This document shows, in pieces, positions 13,501 through 26,709 of a DNA stretch of 64,000 nt (position 1 is its first letter; every line of letters begins with the position of its first letter). The position numbers and the translations under genes are program-made. The notes below the pieces were generated by a model that saw only the letters and a list, made by a program, of their open reading frames with translations, did not search any database and was not told where the DNA came from. Source of the DNA: Moniliella sp. 'wahieum' (lineage: Eukaryota); the NCBI GenBank assembly GCA_003971905.1, contig RSEE01000117.1, positions 62,001 to 126,000 on the forward strand, read 5' to 3'.

Positions 13501-15443
13501 AGGTGGTGCAGACGTTAGGTCGCGGGTCGTTTGGCCAAGTGCTCAAGTGTAAAGATCACAAGACGGGCAAGTGGGTGGCCATCAAGCTCATTCGGAATAA
13601 GCAGCGGTTCCATCACCAAGCGCTGGTCGAGACGAAGATTTTGGAGCAGCTGGTGGAATGGGATCCGGAGGACAAGTACCACGTTGTGCACATGGTCGAA
13701 TCGTTTTACTTCCGCAACCACCTGTGCATCGCGATGGAACTGATGAGCATGAACTTGTACGAGTTGATCAAGTGCAACTCGTTTGCCGGTTGCTCCATCC
13801 GTCTCGTCCGTCGCTTCACCCTCCAGTCCCTCCGTGCCCTTATGCTCACCCAGAAGCATAGCGTGATCCACTGCGACCTCAAGCCCGAGAACATCCTGCT
13901 CGTCAACCCGCGCAAGTCGGAGATCAAGGTGATTGACTTTGGTTCGTCCTGCTTTCAGGACCAAAAGTGTACACCTACATTCAATCTCGCTTCTATCGCT
14001 CGCCTGAGGTCATCCTCGGCATCAGCTATGGCCTGGGTACGTTCGCTTTTGTTTTTACCTCTCCATTTTGGTGTTTGGTGTTTGGTGTTTTTCTTTTTTT
14101 TTTATCGTTTGGATTGCTGACCTTCCTTTTGCTTGGGCGCAGAGATCGACATGTGGAGTTTGGGCTGCATCCTAGCCGAGATGTATACGGGCTACCCACT
14201 CTTCCCTGGCGAAAACGAGCAAGAACAACTAGCGTGTATCATGGAGATCTTTGGTGTTCCACCCAAAGAGTTGGTGGACAAAGCCTCCCGTGCCTCGCTC
14301 TTCTTTGACGCCGAAGGCCGGCCGCACCTAGTCAACTCGAAGGGCAAGAAACGCAGGCCAGGAACCAAAACACTGCAACAATCCATGGCCAAATGCTCCG
14401 ACCACCTCTTCCTCAACTTTATTGCTCGCTGCCTCGAGTGGGACCCGGCCAAACGCCTCACGCCCACAGGCTCTCGAACACCCTTGGCTCACCCACGTCT
14501 ACCCGCGCTCCAGTTCCGCCAAACGCATCTCTAGCCGAAAAAAGACCCTCGCACCGGTTCCCGCCTCGGCCGTTTCGGCCCCGACTACTTCGGCCCCGGC
14601 TACTTCGGCCCCGGCTACTTCCCTCTCGGCCGCCCCCAGCCTCACATCCTTCCTCAACTCGACTCGATCCACCCCAGCACGGGCAGCTTCAGCCAAGGTG
14701 TACTGGGTTCGCTTGCTACTCATCCCTCCGGAACACTCTCCGGGACCCTTTCCGGGACACCCTCTGGGACAACCTCTGGGGCCCACACTATCAACCCGCA
14801 GGGACCTTTAGTCGAAGCACCTCCCCCCCTCTCGGGTGCGACAGTCCGTTGGATCCTGTAGGTACGGCCACAGGATCCAGGACCCTGCTGGACCCTACTT
14901 TGCCCTCCTTGCCTGCGGCGGCGGCACCTACGGGCTCGGCTCGGGCTCGGGCTCGGGGTCGGGATCGGGATCGGGTTCAGGTTCGGGATCGGGATCGGGA
15001 TCGGGCTCGGGCTCGGGATCGTCGGGGGCGGCTGCTGGTGCTGATGGTGCGGATGGGATGGATGGGCCGGGTGAGTCGGACACGTCTTTGGTCCCTACCG
15101 TGCCGTCGCTCCAGCCCGGTTGTTGGGCGACGACTTGGATGCGGTCATGGCGCTGCTCAAGAGTTTCCCCGAGCCTGGTGCGGACGCGTCGGACAAGGTG
15201 CCTGTGGAACCCCAAGGTCCCCAAGGTGCTTCAGGTTCCCAAGGTGCTCAAGGTGCCCAAGATGCGCAAGGTTCCCAAAGCGGTACCACCACTCTCGATT
15301 CTGCCTGGCCCACTCATCCCGCTCTCCCCCCTCATTCCGTTCACCCCCCTCACCCTCCTCATCCCGTTCTTCCCACTCTCCCCACTCCTGATCTCGCCCA
15401 CCCCACCAATACTTGTCCCGCTCCCGTTCTCACCCACCTCTGA
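7593..15443 (+). CDS. Class-2 DYRK dual-specificity protein kinase (Pom1/DYRK2-like) with a very long Ser/Pro-rich N-terminus; introns and frameshifts
   Basis: DH box YDDDRGDY, LGRGSFGQV, VAIK, HCDLKPENILL, DFGSS, activation loop YTYIQSRFYRSPEVILG, IDMWSLGCILAEMYTGYPLFPGENEQEQL; kinase domain ~13490-14480; intron ~14037-14142; start and stop approximate. Confidence 0.9.
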
Positions 15444-16548
15444 CGTGGTGTGATGTCTTGCACCAATATCATTCGTTCTGTGATTGTGATTGTGGTTGTG
15501 GTTACCGGTTATGGCTGTGCTCTGGCTTGAAATCCACCGTTTTGTGTTGCTTGCCGTGACGAAGATGGCCTCCCGTACCTCCCGTGACCTCCCCCACCTC
15601 ATCGTTCGCAGGCTTGAGCCTGAGCCTCAACCTCAAGGTGACGCCTCATCCCCCCAGTACTCATGTCCTCAGCCAGAGTCCTCAGGCTGAGGCGCTGAGG
15701 CCTCCTGGATCATGGATCAAAGATCATCCGGCAAATAGGACCCTCGGTACACCCATTCCACAAGGTAGTTCTCGCAGCATGGAAGCGGGAAGCCCAGCAA
15801 CGTTGGTCCCACAGTCCCTAAACGTCTCCGTGCCAAATATCATGTTGCCGTTCCCTTGGTGGGGGGCACAGCCTGCTACAGCTACAACTACAGCTACAGG
15901 CATATTGGACGGGAAGCTGGACGTGGAATGCAGTGCATTGTGTTGGGGCCAGTGACTAGTGAGTGCCATCGGGTGGTGTTAACCCATGCTCACTTGTAGC
16001 CAAGGTCACTTCCATCATGCATCATGCATCATGCATTTCCAGCTTGAAGCTTGAAGTGACGTCGTGTGTGATGAGCGCGTGATGTTATGTCTGACGTGGC
16101 GTTTCCGACTGCATGATACCTTGGATTCGCCATCACCGCCTTCGCACTTTTGATCTCCATCGACCCCCATTTCCATTTGCGGCTCGTTGAGCTGCTCCTA
16201 GTCGTTTAAATTGGGACTGAGCAGTCATTTGGTTTGGCGAGGTGGATGAGCACGACGGCGTCGAAGGACGCTGACGCGCCGACGGAGCTGATGGATTTTG
16301 AGATCGGATGGGCAGATCGGATGGGCAAAGGACGAGACGGGATGGCTGGCTGGTCCCAGCGCCACGTTAGGCCGCCCTTGGTAACCGGTAACATGCGACA
16401 TGTGACATCAGCACGTCAGCCCAAATGTCGGCGTCAGCCTGCCTCGGCGTCGAGCCTGCTCAGCGCGTCAGAGCCCACGGCATTCTGGCTGGCCGAAGCC
16501 AGGCCCCATTCCAGAGCGCAGAGAGGGGAGATCGGGGCGGCGTGCTGA

Positions 16549-18155
<1,607 letters not shown>

Positions 18156-18372
18156 GTGTACATTCATGCATCATGATTCTTTCTTTGCCCTGCATTGCGC
18201 CCTGTATCTTTGTCGTCCTACAAGATACCTCAATTCATCTTGCGCTATCGTATGCTATTTTCCCCTCGGGGCTGATAGGCGCTAAGCCTCAGCCGTGGTA
18301 GAACCGGATTGGTGCAATATCTGCGGGACAGTGATGGCAATACGGATGGAGGGGGTTGGAGTGGGGGGGCTA

Positions 18373-19830
18373 CTAATGCGTTGGGAGGGGCCGATGTGAC
18401 AGCCATACGGGGGAGAAAAATTGGCCCGTGCGCTCGGGTGGGGGACGAGGGGCGGAGGCTGGTACAGGCAGAGCAGCAGCGGCCTTGGCAGCCGATTGCT
18501 TGACCTTGGCCACGGCGTACACCACACCGGCTGCAAACCCCATTGCGATCGCCAGCGCATTTCCCGCGGTAGCGTGCTCGCCGAAAAAGACATGCCCGAT
18601 ACGGACAGGGGCAATTTGTTCAGTGCGCCCGTCATCGAGTACGTCGTGCTGCTCGTCACACGAATGCACCAGGCCGTGGTAAATCCAATCATCATGGCGC
18701 ATGCACCGCTAAAGAGAATAGCAATAATCATCCCCGTTCGCTTGTCCGCAGGGAGCATGCATCAAAGTTGGCCACCGTCCAGGTCTCGACGATCCAAAGA
18801 GAATCAAAAGAATGGGCACAGTGAGGAAGTTGTTATAGTACATCGAGTCCCAGTCGGTAAACCCGGTGACCTTGATGCGCTTACGCATAAGGAGAACCTG
18901 CAACAAAAACAGATGCATTCCAGGGTCAATACTGTAAGGGATCCAGAAATGCAGAGGGGCAAAAAACGTACATAGGACCGCACTGCAAGGTTGCACGCCA
19001 TCCAATGTAGCCCAGCGAGTCATTGAGCTTGGAGGCAGGCTTGTTTTCTCCTGCCTTGGGAACTGGTGGGGTGTCCGCCCAGTACGCAATAATGGAGGAG
19101 ACAATCATCAGCGCAAATGCAGTGCTGGTCAAGGTGGTGATCTTGCCGCTAAACCAGATTTTCTCACCATAGGCAATGAGGACAATGGTCAGGTTCTTGA
19201 AAATGGTGTACACGCTCACGTTGAGGTGCTGGAGCGCCTTGGAGCCTGTGTAGATAACGGCGGCAAGCAAGAACGAATGGGAAACCAGAGTCCCACATCG
19301 CGCTTGTTGAGCCCACGAAGCGGATCCATCCGACCTGACATGCAATCAGTACGAGAACGACTCCCACCACCGACTGCGACATGAGCACCACCAGGTTCAG
19401 GTTGAAGTTGGGTCCTTGACGATGAACTGGGGGGGGAGGGGAAGGGGAGTGGAACCACCCACGTTAGCAAATCGGTGTCAAGCCAGAACGGAAAAGAAAA
19501 CGACACACCTTGTTGGCGACCGTCATGGTAATGGAAGACACAGTACGATAAGATGGCAGGCGCGCCTTGCCAAGCGCCGGCGTGTTTCGCATTGGGGCCG
19601 CTTCCAACAGCACTCATGTCAACCTGCACGCGGTTGCCCTCCGACGCAGGGGGTACTTGGTCCCATGGTGAGTCAGAAAGGGAGATTCTTCCTCGTCAGT
19701 CTCCTTGCTGGCGTACTCGAGCTCGGCGGGGACGAGTCGGTGGGGGACATGAAGGCGGAGGCGCTGCTCTGGGCAGGGGGTTGCCCGGGGGCGGGTAGGC
19801 GGGCTGGGCGCTGCGTGTCGCGTCGCTCAT
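18373..19830 (-). CDS. VRG4: Golgi GDP-mannose transporter
   Basis: [66 protein letters not shown] (GALNK signature); start codon uncertain (19830 or ~19751). Confidence 0.92.
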
Positions 19831-20373
19831 GATGGACGCGAGTCACGGGTCGTGGGCGGGGTGGCGGCGGCAGAGGCAGAGGCAGAGGCGGAAGGAGAGG
19901 CTGCGGCCGGCGCAACACTCGTCTGTCGGGGGGCGGTGGCGGCGCAGAGCAGCGCAGAGCAGCAGAACCGCGCAGACAGCAGAACGCGCAGCGCAGGCGC
20001 ATGCAGCCTCAAGGCGGCGGCCCAGCCGGCGCAAGACAGACGCGAGACACGTGCGGCCAGCGAACGCCCAGCCCAGCGCCAGTGTCCGCCTTGGCGCGGC
20101 TCGGCGCCACCATTCCACTCGCATTCCGCAGCACACGCGCACCTTACGTAACCCCCTCCCTCCCGCTGGTTCAGCGTGTGACGTGGCAGGCCGAAGTCAG
20201 GCCGCGCCTTGAGGGTCCTGGACTAGTCATGTGCTCCGGTGGGGCTGCCACGCTGTGCGGCTCCAGGCTGCTCCAGCCCAGCACCCCCGCCCCTCCCTCC
20301 CTCCCTCTGTCCTCCCGACCTCCACCCCCCACCACCACTCCTACCTTCTCTTCTGCCACCGTCTCCCATCGCT

Positions 20374-21218
20374 ATGACCGCCACCACCCTGCCCCCGCCC
20401 GGCCCCGGCCCCTGCACCCGCCGCGGCACAAGCCCGCCCCCGATGCTCAACCGCGACCTGGCCATCAAGAGCGTAGAGCACGCCCAGACGTATTACAACA
20501 TCCTCGAGGCCATGCCAGGCCACAAAGTCCACCTTACCCGCTTTGACGATGATCTCTACCGCGACTTTCTCGAGGCCTTCCCGGAGCTCGCTCCTCTCGC
20601 CGAGGGCGAGGAGACCGCGGACCCCGTCAGCACCATCACTGAGTTTTCCGTCAAAAGCCCCGAGGCTCAGCCCAAGTGGCAGGCCTTGGCGGCCAAGTCG
20701 CCGACAAGAGTACGTCCCCCCGCTGTGTTTCTTTTTGGGGTTTTGTTTCCCGCACGACCCCCCCCCCCCCCCCCCCCGCCTGCCTCCCCCACTAATCCGG
20801 TTCTGTTTCCCGTACCAGTTTCTGGGCTGCGCGATGGCACTCTGATCCGCAACAATGTCAACCAAGAGTACACCCAAACAACACCATGTTCCTCTGGCGC
20901 ATCCAGTTCTACTGCTACGAGATTGCTCGCAACCGTCGCGGGCTGAATGACTGGATTTTCGTCAAGGAGCAGCAAAATAAGAACAAGGTATGTACTCCTC
21001 CTCTGGACCCCCGATCCCTATGAGAGCGGGCGTTGGAGCGATCGGCGCCCGAGTCTCGAGCAAGTGCACAGCAGGAAAGGAGACGGGTTGTGCCTTTCCT
21101 CTCTCTGTAGGCGCTGAACATTGAACCCTCAAACGGGGGCCATGCCAAAGCGCAAGGAACATCGAATGTGCGATCGGGAGCTAACTGTGGTTGCGTTTTC
21201 CAGGCCAAATCGTCTTGA
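20374..21218 (+). CDS. PBDC1/YPL225W-family (polysaccharide biosynthesis domain) protein
   Basis: AIKSVEHAQTYYNIL, LTRFDDDLYRDFLEAFPEL, GTLIR, RIQFYCYEIARNRRGLNDWI; introns ~20710-20818 and ~20988-21110. Confidence 0.85.
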
Positions 21219-21949
21219 AAGTCTGCCTGAACCTCTTTTTTTCCGACCCATGCATGGACAGCAATGGTATATTCTTCTTCTGCTTCTCTGCCTATGCGCG
21301 GGCGATTTGGTACATGGGTCGGCGCGGCACCCCTCCCTGCTCGTGTGTTATGTCGGCCCCGTGGCCTGAAGAGTTGGGTCGTCAACGCGCCAGCCATGAT
21401 GTCCTGCTTTTGCAGACCAAAATGACTTTTGAACAAGGCAGTCTTTTGGGTGTTTGTATGCAGTTAGCAAAAGTAACGGTGTGCGACCGTTTTGCTAGAC
21501 ATATAGCACAGTCGAGGTGTTGCGGTGCACTAGGGATCGATAGTCCCAGTAAGGAGGTGCGTGCAGATCAGAAGGACTCTCAGATCTCAGATCTCATAGA
21601 GATAAAGTCTACCACGTTTGCTATCAAAACGCTAGGAACCCCCTACCCCCACCCTATCCACCTTCGAGGGCGGCGAAGAAGAGCGGCGGAATTAACGCGT
21701 AGCGGTAATGACATGTGGCATGTGACATGCATAGTGAGGGATGTGGCTTTTGAAATTTGAACCGCCTGATTACTAGAAAGAGCAGGATCAGATCGATCAT
21801 CGATCAAGTACCGAGGCCCTACCTAATCGAATCATCGGTAATCGATGTAAAGACTAGAAGACCACCGGCCTACGGCCCGGTCAGCTGGGGCTTCGCCCCA
21901 GCTTGATGCTTGGTGCACCGTCGCCATCTTAGCCCCGGGTCCGCCTTCG

Positions 21950-22058
21950 CCACCGTAGCCACCGGTCCACCGTTCCACGCTGGAGGGTGCTTGGTCGCCA
22001 CCTTAGCCACCGTTCCCCCGTCGCCACCGTAGCCACCGGTCCACCGTTCCACGCTGGA
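21950..22058. repeat. Direct duplication of a ~36-bp unit CCACCGTAGCCACCGGTCCACCGTTCCACGCTGGAG with internal CCACCG subrepeats
   Basis: Copies at ~21950-21985 and ~22024-22058. Confidence 0.8.
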
Positions 22059-22959
22059 GAGCGGAATAGTATTCACCCACTACGCCTCGGGTGGAATTTT
22101 ATCACCCATGTGCATCCGCCTGGCTGCGCCCGCCTGGAACGCGCCGGGTGAAACGTGCCAGGTGGCATGCTTGTGTAATTTTACGTAAAGTAAAAAGGGG
22201 GTCTGCGATATAAGAAGGGAGATACAAGTCGATCAAGTCTTGTAGCTTGAAGCTTGAAGCTACAAGCTGCGAGGTGCACCTTGCAAGCACTCGAAGCGCT
22301 GGTGGCCAGAGAATTGGGTTGCAGTCAAGCTTACAGTCTGCCTCAGAGGCCCGTGGGGAAGATACAGATAAGCGAGACGAGAAGCAAGCGTAACGCGTAA
22401 GTTGTTCCGCACGCGGTACCTGTGTGATGGATTGTCGCCCTATCAAGTTATAGATTTATCAATCATTGATGATGCATGATGCATTGCCGAATTATCGAGT
22501 GCGGAGCATCCTGTAGTCGGTTCGAATGAAATCTTTGGGCAGGTCCATAACCTTGCCATGCACCACGTGGCAGCAATGTGCGGATGTGGCTGCTGCTGTG
22601 GCAGGCTGTGGCCTGCTGCGCCTGGCCACCAGCTCGACCCTTCTGAGAGGGCCGGTGAATCGATGGAATCGAGCACTGAACGCACGGAATACATACCGCG
22701 CAGTGGGAATGGAACCCAAGGTTATGATCTGAGTCTGACATCGAGATCCAAATAATTAACCACAACTGAGACGCAGGCACCTATGCGCTGCGTACTGCGT
22801 GGCTGATTGCAGTCTAGTGCCTGCCCCGCTGCGTGAGCGCGCGCCCTGCTGGCGCGCTGGACTGCTGTGGTGTCCAGCTGTGTTTCCCAATGCCTCATCG
22901 GAAGATTTACGTACGATTCACCTTACCCACCCCCCCCAAAAGGGCGTGCTAGCAGCAGC

Positions 22960-25900
22960 AGGACCCCGGACATCACCCATTGCTCATCGGTGGAGGCACG
23001 TCCGTTCGTCAGGCCGATTTCACCCCTTTGCCCCACCTCGAGGGTGCAAACGAACGGGATGTGCCGATTTTGGCCGATTTTGGCCCAAATTTGCCCCTTG
23101 AACGGGATGAGCCTACCAGTAGGGTTAGAATTACATAAGACACTTGCCCCGTGCCGCACTTGCTTACGCAAGCACAAGAATTTAGGGTTCGGCTGGGGTG
23201 TCCCATCACGTCGCGTCGGGTGGTGCTGACTTAAGCGTGTTTTGGCCGCAACCATGTCTGCCTTTGCCTGCCTCTTCCCACGACGCGCCGAGCTCGAGAG
23301 CACTTCCAACGCGTCCCCCATGCTTCGCCGTGCAGCAGCGCAAGTGCTTTGCCTGCCTCCAAAGGTGCAACCATCCTGGCCACACGTGTTGGCGACAAGG
23401 CGTCGGATACAGTCCACTCTTCCCTTGATTTTCCTGTCATGGTCTGGGACGGTGTTTCTCGATGAGATGTACAAAGAGAACAGGCGGCACCTTCTCGGGC
23501 CTCCTTGACCGCGCGCCTTGTTCAAGCTTTTGGCCGTGACCCCGTGTCCGCTCTCTTGACTTCAAGCTGTCTTGGATGGATGTTCCAGGTCGGTGCACAA
23601 GGCAACTCAAGGCAAATGATGCCCTCAAAGAGGTCGTCACCCCTGGGCGAATGGTTCCAGACTGGCTTGTCCATATTGCTGCCGAGAGGTTGATCGACCA
23701 CTGGCGGACGGAACATCCGACCGAGCTTACGTCCTTCTTTTACATCCACAACGCGGGGTTCACCGAGGCGATGCAGCAGAATTTGGGAGTGGACCCCGGT
23801 TCTCTCGTGACGGCCGAAGAGGCACTCCAATTGCGCTCTTCCCTTGTTCGCATGCACGCAATCCCATCTGAGCGCCATGGCACACACTTTGCCATCGTCA
23901 ATATTACGGGCAAGTACTCAGACGATCCCCGTCGCGGGGGACTGCACTGGGTCCTTCTTGTCGTTGATGCGACCCACAGGCGGGTACAGCTGGCCAATTC
24001 CTTGCCTGTTTCGGTGCATGGGGCCATTGTTCCTTTGCTGTCGTCTTCCTGCAAACTGAAATCTGACTTATCCAGATCATGTCGAAAATTCATGGCCTCG
24101 CGCTCCACACGGTCGACATGGAGAATTATGGTCTGAGTCATAGGATGGACAAATATCCTGCTTCTGGCTACAACCACACCGTCTTTGACACTGCCGGGGT
24201 ATGTCTCGATATTCTCAAGACATTTCCATCGGCGATCAATATGGAGCACATTTGTGCCGACGCCGCCAATGCGGCACTGGTTCTGGCATCATGGGTGGGA
24301 ATGGGACTGACTCCTCATTCGGATCCTCAACCTGCACCAGCTGCACCTGTTCCCCTTCTCGAAGATGATGAGCCTTCCATCGTCCCCAACCACGACACTG
24401 TCTATGCCGCGATGCAACACTTTGTGGACCATCCTCAAGAGCCCTTCTCTCCCTGGGGAGAGGGCGATGCGGTACCCGCGACGTCTGACCCAGGTCCCGT
24501 ATCCGCCCACGATGGCACGGTGGATGAGGGAGATGAGGTGGTCTCCAAAACCAGGCTGCGACTGATGGCGTTGGTGGAGGCTCGAGAGCAATGCCTGTAT
24601 GTTTTATCTCACCCATATAGTACGCGACGACGGCCGCGATTCTAACAAACTCTGCAGCGAGAATTCTTCTGAGGTCAATGTTGACGCCGCTATCCAAGCC
24701 TCCCGCATGCGCATATCCAGCCTCCTGAACCCGGCCTCAAGCATGTCCCCTGTTATGGCTGTATCCAACCCGCCCCGATTGGACTCCAGTACGAACCTTG
24801 ACCGAAAGCTCTTTCTCTCCTTCAGGACGAAGGTTGAAGACAGCTTAAGCTCCCAGGCGGGGAAGAAATGGAATACTGCGGGTGATTGCGGTTTGGGCAA
24901 GACGTGTTCTGCCTTAAATGGATTGCACAAAAATGCGGAGGCGGCGTTGTACAGCAGTGTGCTGAAGGAGCTTCAAGATGGGCCTGGCGCTGTCATTTAT
25001 TCGGGGGCGGCCCGCAGGCTGCGATGGATGGGACAATCGAGACTCGAGCCCGTGACGGCTAACCAACAGGAGCGCCACGATCTTGTCGAGGAGGGTCGGG
25101 CGAAGAAGGCCAACGAGAAGCGGGTCAAGGCACTTTTCAACGTGGTAAAGAGGGTCAGCTTGTTGCCTTTGGACATTGCCAAGGGTGGTGTATTGCCGAT
25201 CACCCCCCTCACCATAGGGGATCTGGTCGTCTTCCTGTCCCTCGACAAAACAGAGGTGACACCCACCGTTCAGATCGGCCATGGCAAGTCCATAACACTC
25301 ACCATTTGTTCTTATTGCTGCTAACATTCGTATTCGAAGTGGTGAGCATGTACACACAGGCGTCGAAAACTGTACCCCACAGCTGGGTGAACAATTGGTC
25401 GAACTTATCTACGCTCTCGTACATCTCGCTTCGCTGCCTGAAAGAAGGGACCCAGCCCACGTACACGTCCAACATGAAGTGGTCACTCAACACGAGGCGT
25501 TACTACCATGTGCCAGCTTTTCAGGTCCTGCGACGTTTACCAGGCGAGCATGTCTTCAAGCAGGCCAAGAGCGACGATTATACTAATTACACTGTGCAGC
25601 TTTCTCCCCAGGCAGCCGCGATGTTCGCCATGGTGGAGAAGGAGCACTTTCTCACGCCCTTGCTGGTGGGGAAGTAGTCGCAGAGAATACCAATGGCTTT
25701 ACATGCAGTGCCGCCTGCTATATAGAAGCACCTGTTGCGTATCAATCAGAGCAGGAGCTTGGGATTTGGAGATGAAGTCTGGAGGGTGGGCCCACCTCTC
25801 AGTTTGAGGGCGTAGGTTAATTACCAAAGTTGGTACTAGCCAGTGGATGCTATTGTGCTATCGTCACTGCATGTTGCGCGAGGTTGCGCGCTACTGCGTT

Positions 25901-26208
25901 TCGAATATTTCATGTTGTGCCGCTTTGTAAGCCTGTGCCACCCAGGCCACCCCGCCAAACCCGATCACAACACACGTGGCCGGTTGAAACTTTGGCAAAA
26001 AAATTACCTAAGATCCGGATTTTGGGGGATTCATCTACCATTTTGCACCCCTGAACGGGATGTGCCACCCTTTTTTGCCCATTTTAGCCCCTAAATTTTG
26101 CACCCCCAACGGGATGTGCCGGCACTTTTTTGGCCCTGCGGGGCCCAAATTTGCACCCCGAACGGGACGTGCCTCCACCGATGAGCAATGGGTGATGTCC
26201 GGGGTCCT
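22960..26208. mobile_element. 3.25-kb TIR DNA transposon (apparently non-autonomous) with 8-bp target site duplication
   Basis: TIR AGGACCCCGGACATCACCCATTGCTCATCGGTGGAGGCACGTCC at 22960-23003 is the exact reverse complement of 26165-26208; GCAGCAGC flanks both ends (22952-22959, 26209-26216); subterminal GAACGGGA(T/C)G(T/A)GCC repeats. Confidence 0.9.
23254..25677 (+). CDS. Transposon-encoded multi-exon protein: Ulp1/NEDP1-like (C48) protease-fold domain plus an uncharacterised C-terminal region
   Basis: FAIVNITG...GGLHWVLLVVDATHRRVQLANSL; in-frame introns 24014(or 24029)-24075, 24597-24657 and GC-AG 25284-25339 join ORFs 23576, 24079, 24599 and 25306; 5' part frameshifted. Confidence 0.65.
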
Positions 26209-26709
26209 GCAGCAGCTGCAAAGTGCCCGAGGGGCGAGTGCCGAGGGACTGCATCTTGGTCAGGCCCCGTGCGAGGCTTCCCGGAGTGTGTCCCTGTGCG
26301 GCGGAAGGAGGGTGGAATTGCCCGTGATACGGGGGTGCAAGGCGTGCGCCACAATCACTTCGGTGGCAGGTGGCGTTTTGTTTTCTTTGTTCTGTCGCAC
26401 AGATCCAGCGCATCATGCATCATCACCATCATCACCATCATCATCATCCATCCAGCTATCAAGCTATCATTATATCATTCACGTTCAGTCCCCCTAGCCT
26501 AGCAGTAGCTTGCCCGGCGACGGACGCACAAGTCGCAGCCACTGGCGGCTAGTCTCTTCGCTAGCCAGCTAGTCAGCGCGCTGCGCCACTCAGCCGCTCA
26601 GCGTCCGTTTTCATGCATCATGCATCATGGTTGAACCTCCCCCAGATCTGGCCTCGACCAGCAATGGCAACACGCGCGCCTCCTGACCACCCCACCACCA
26701 CCTTCCGGT

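Noticed and set aside
14933..15265. GGCTCG/GGATCG and CCCAAGGT repeats as a separate element
   Set aside because: They encode the (GS)n and QGA/QGS low-complexity tail of the DYRK kinase
21870..22076. CRISPR-like array or repeat-peptide (RiPP) precursor near the CCACCG repeats
   Set aside because: Only two units, no regular spacers, eukaryotic context, and no signal peptide or KR cleavage sites
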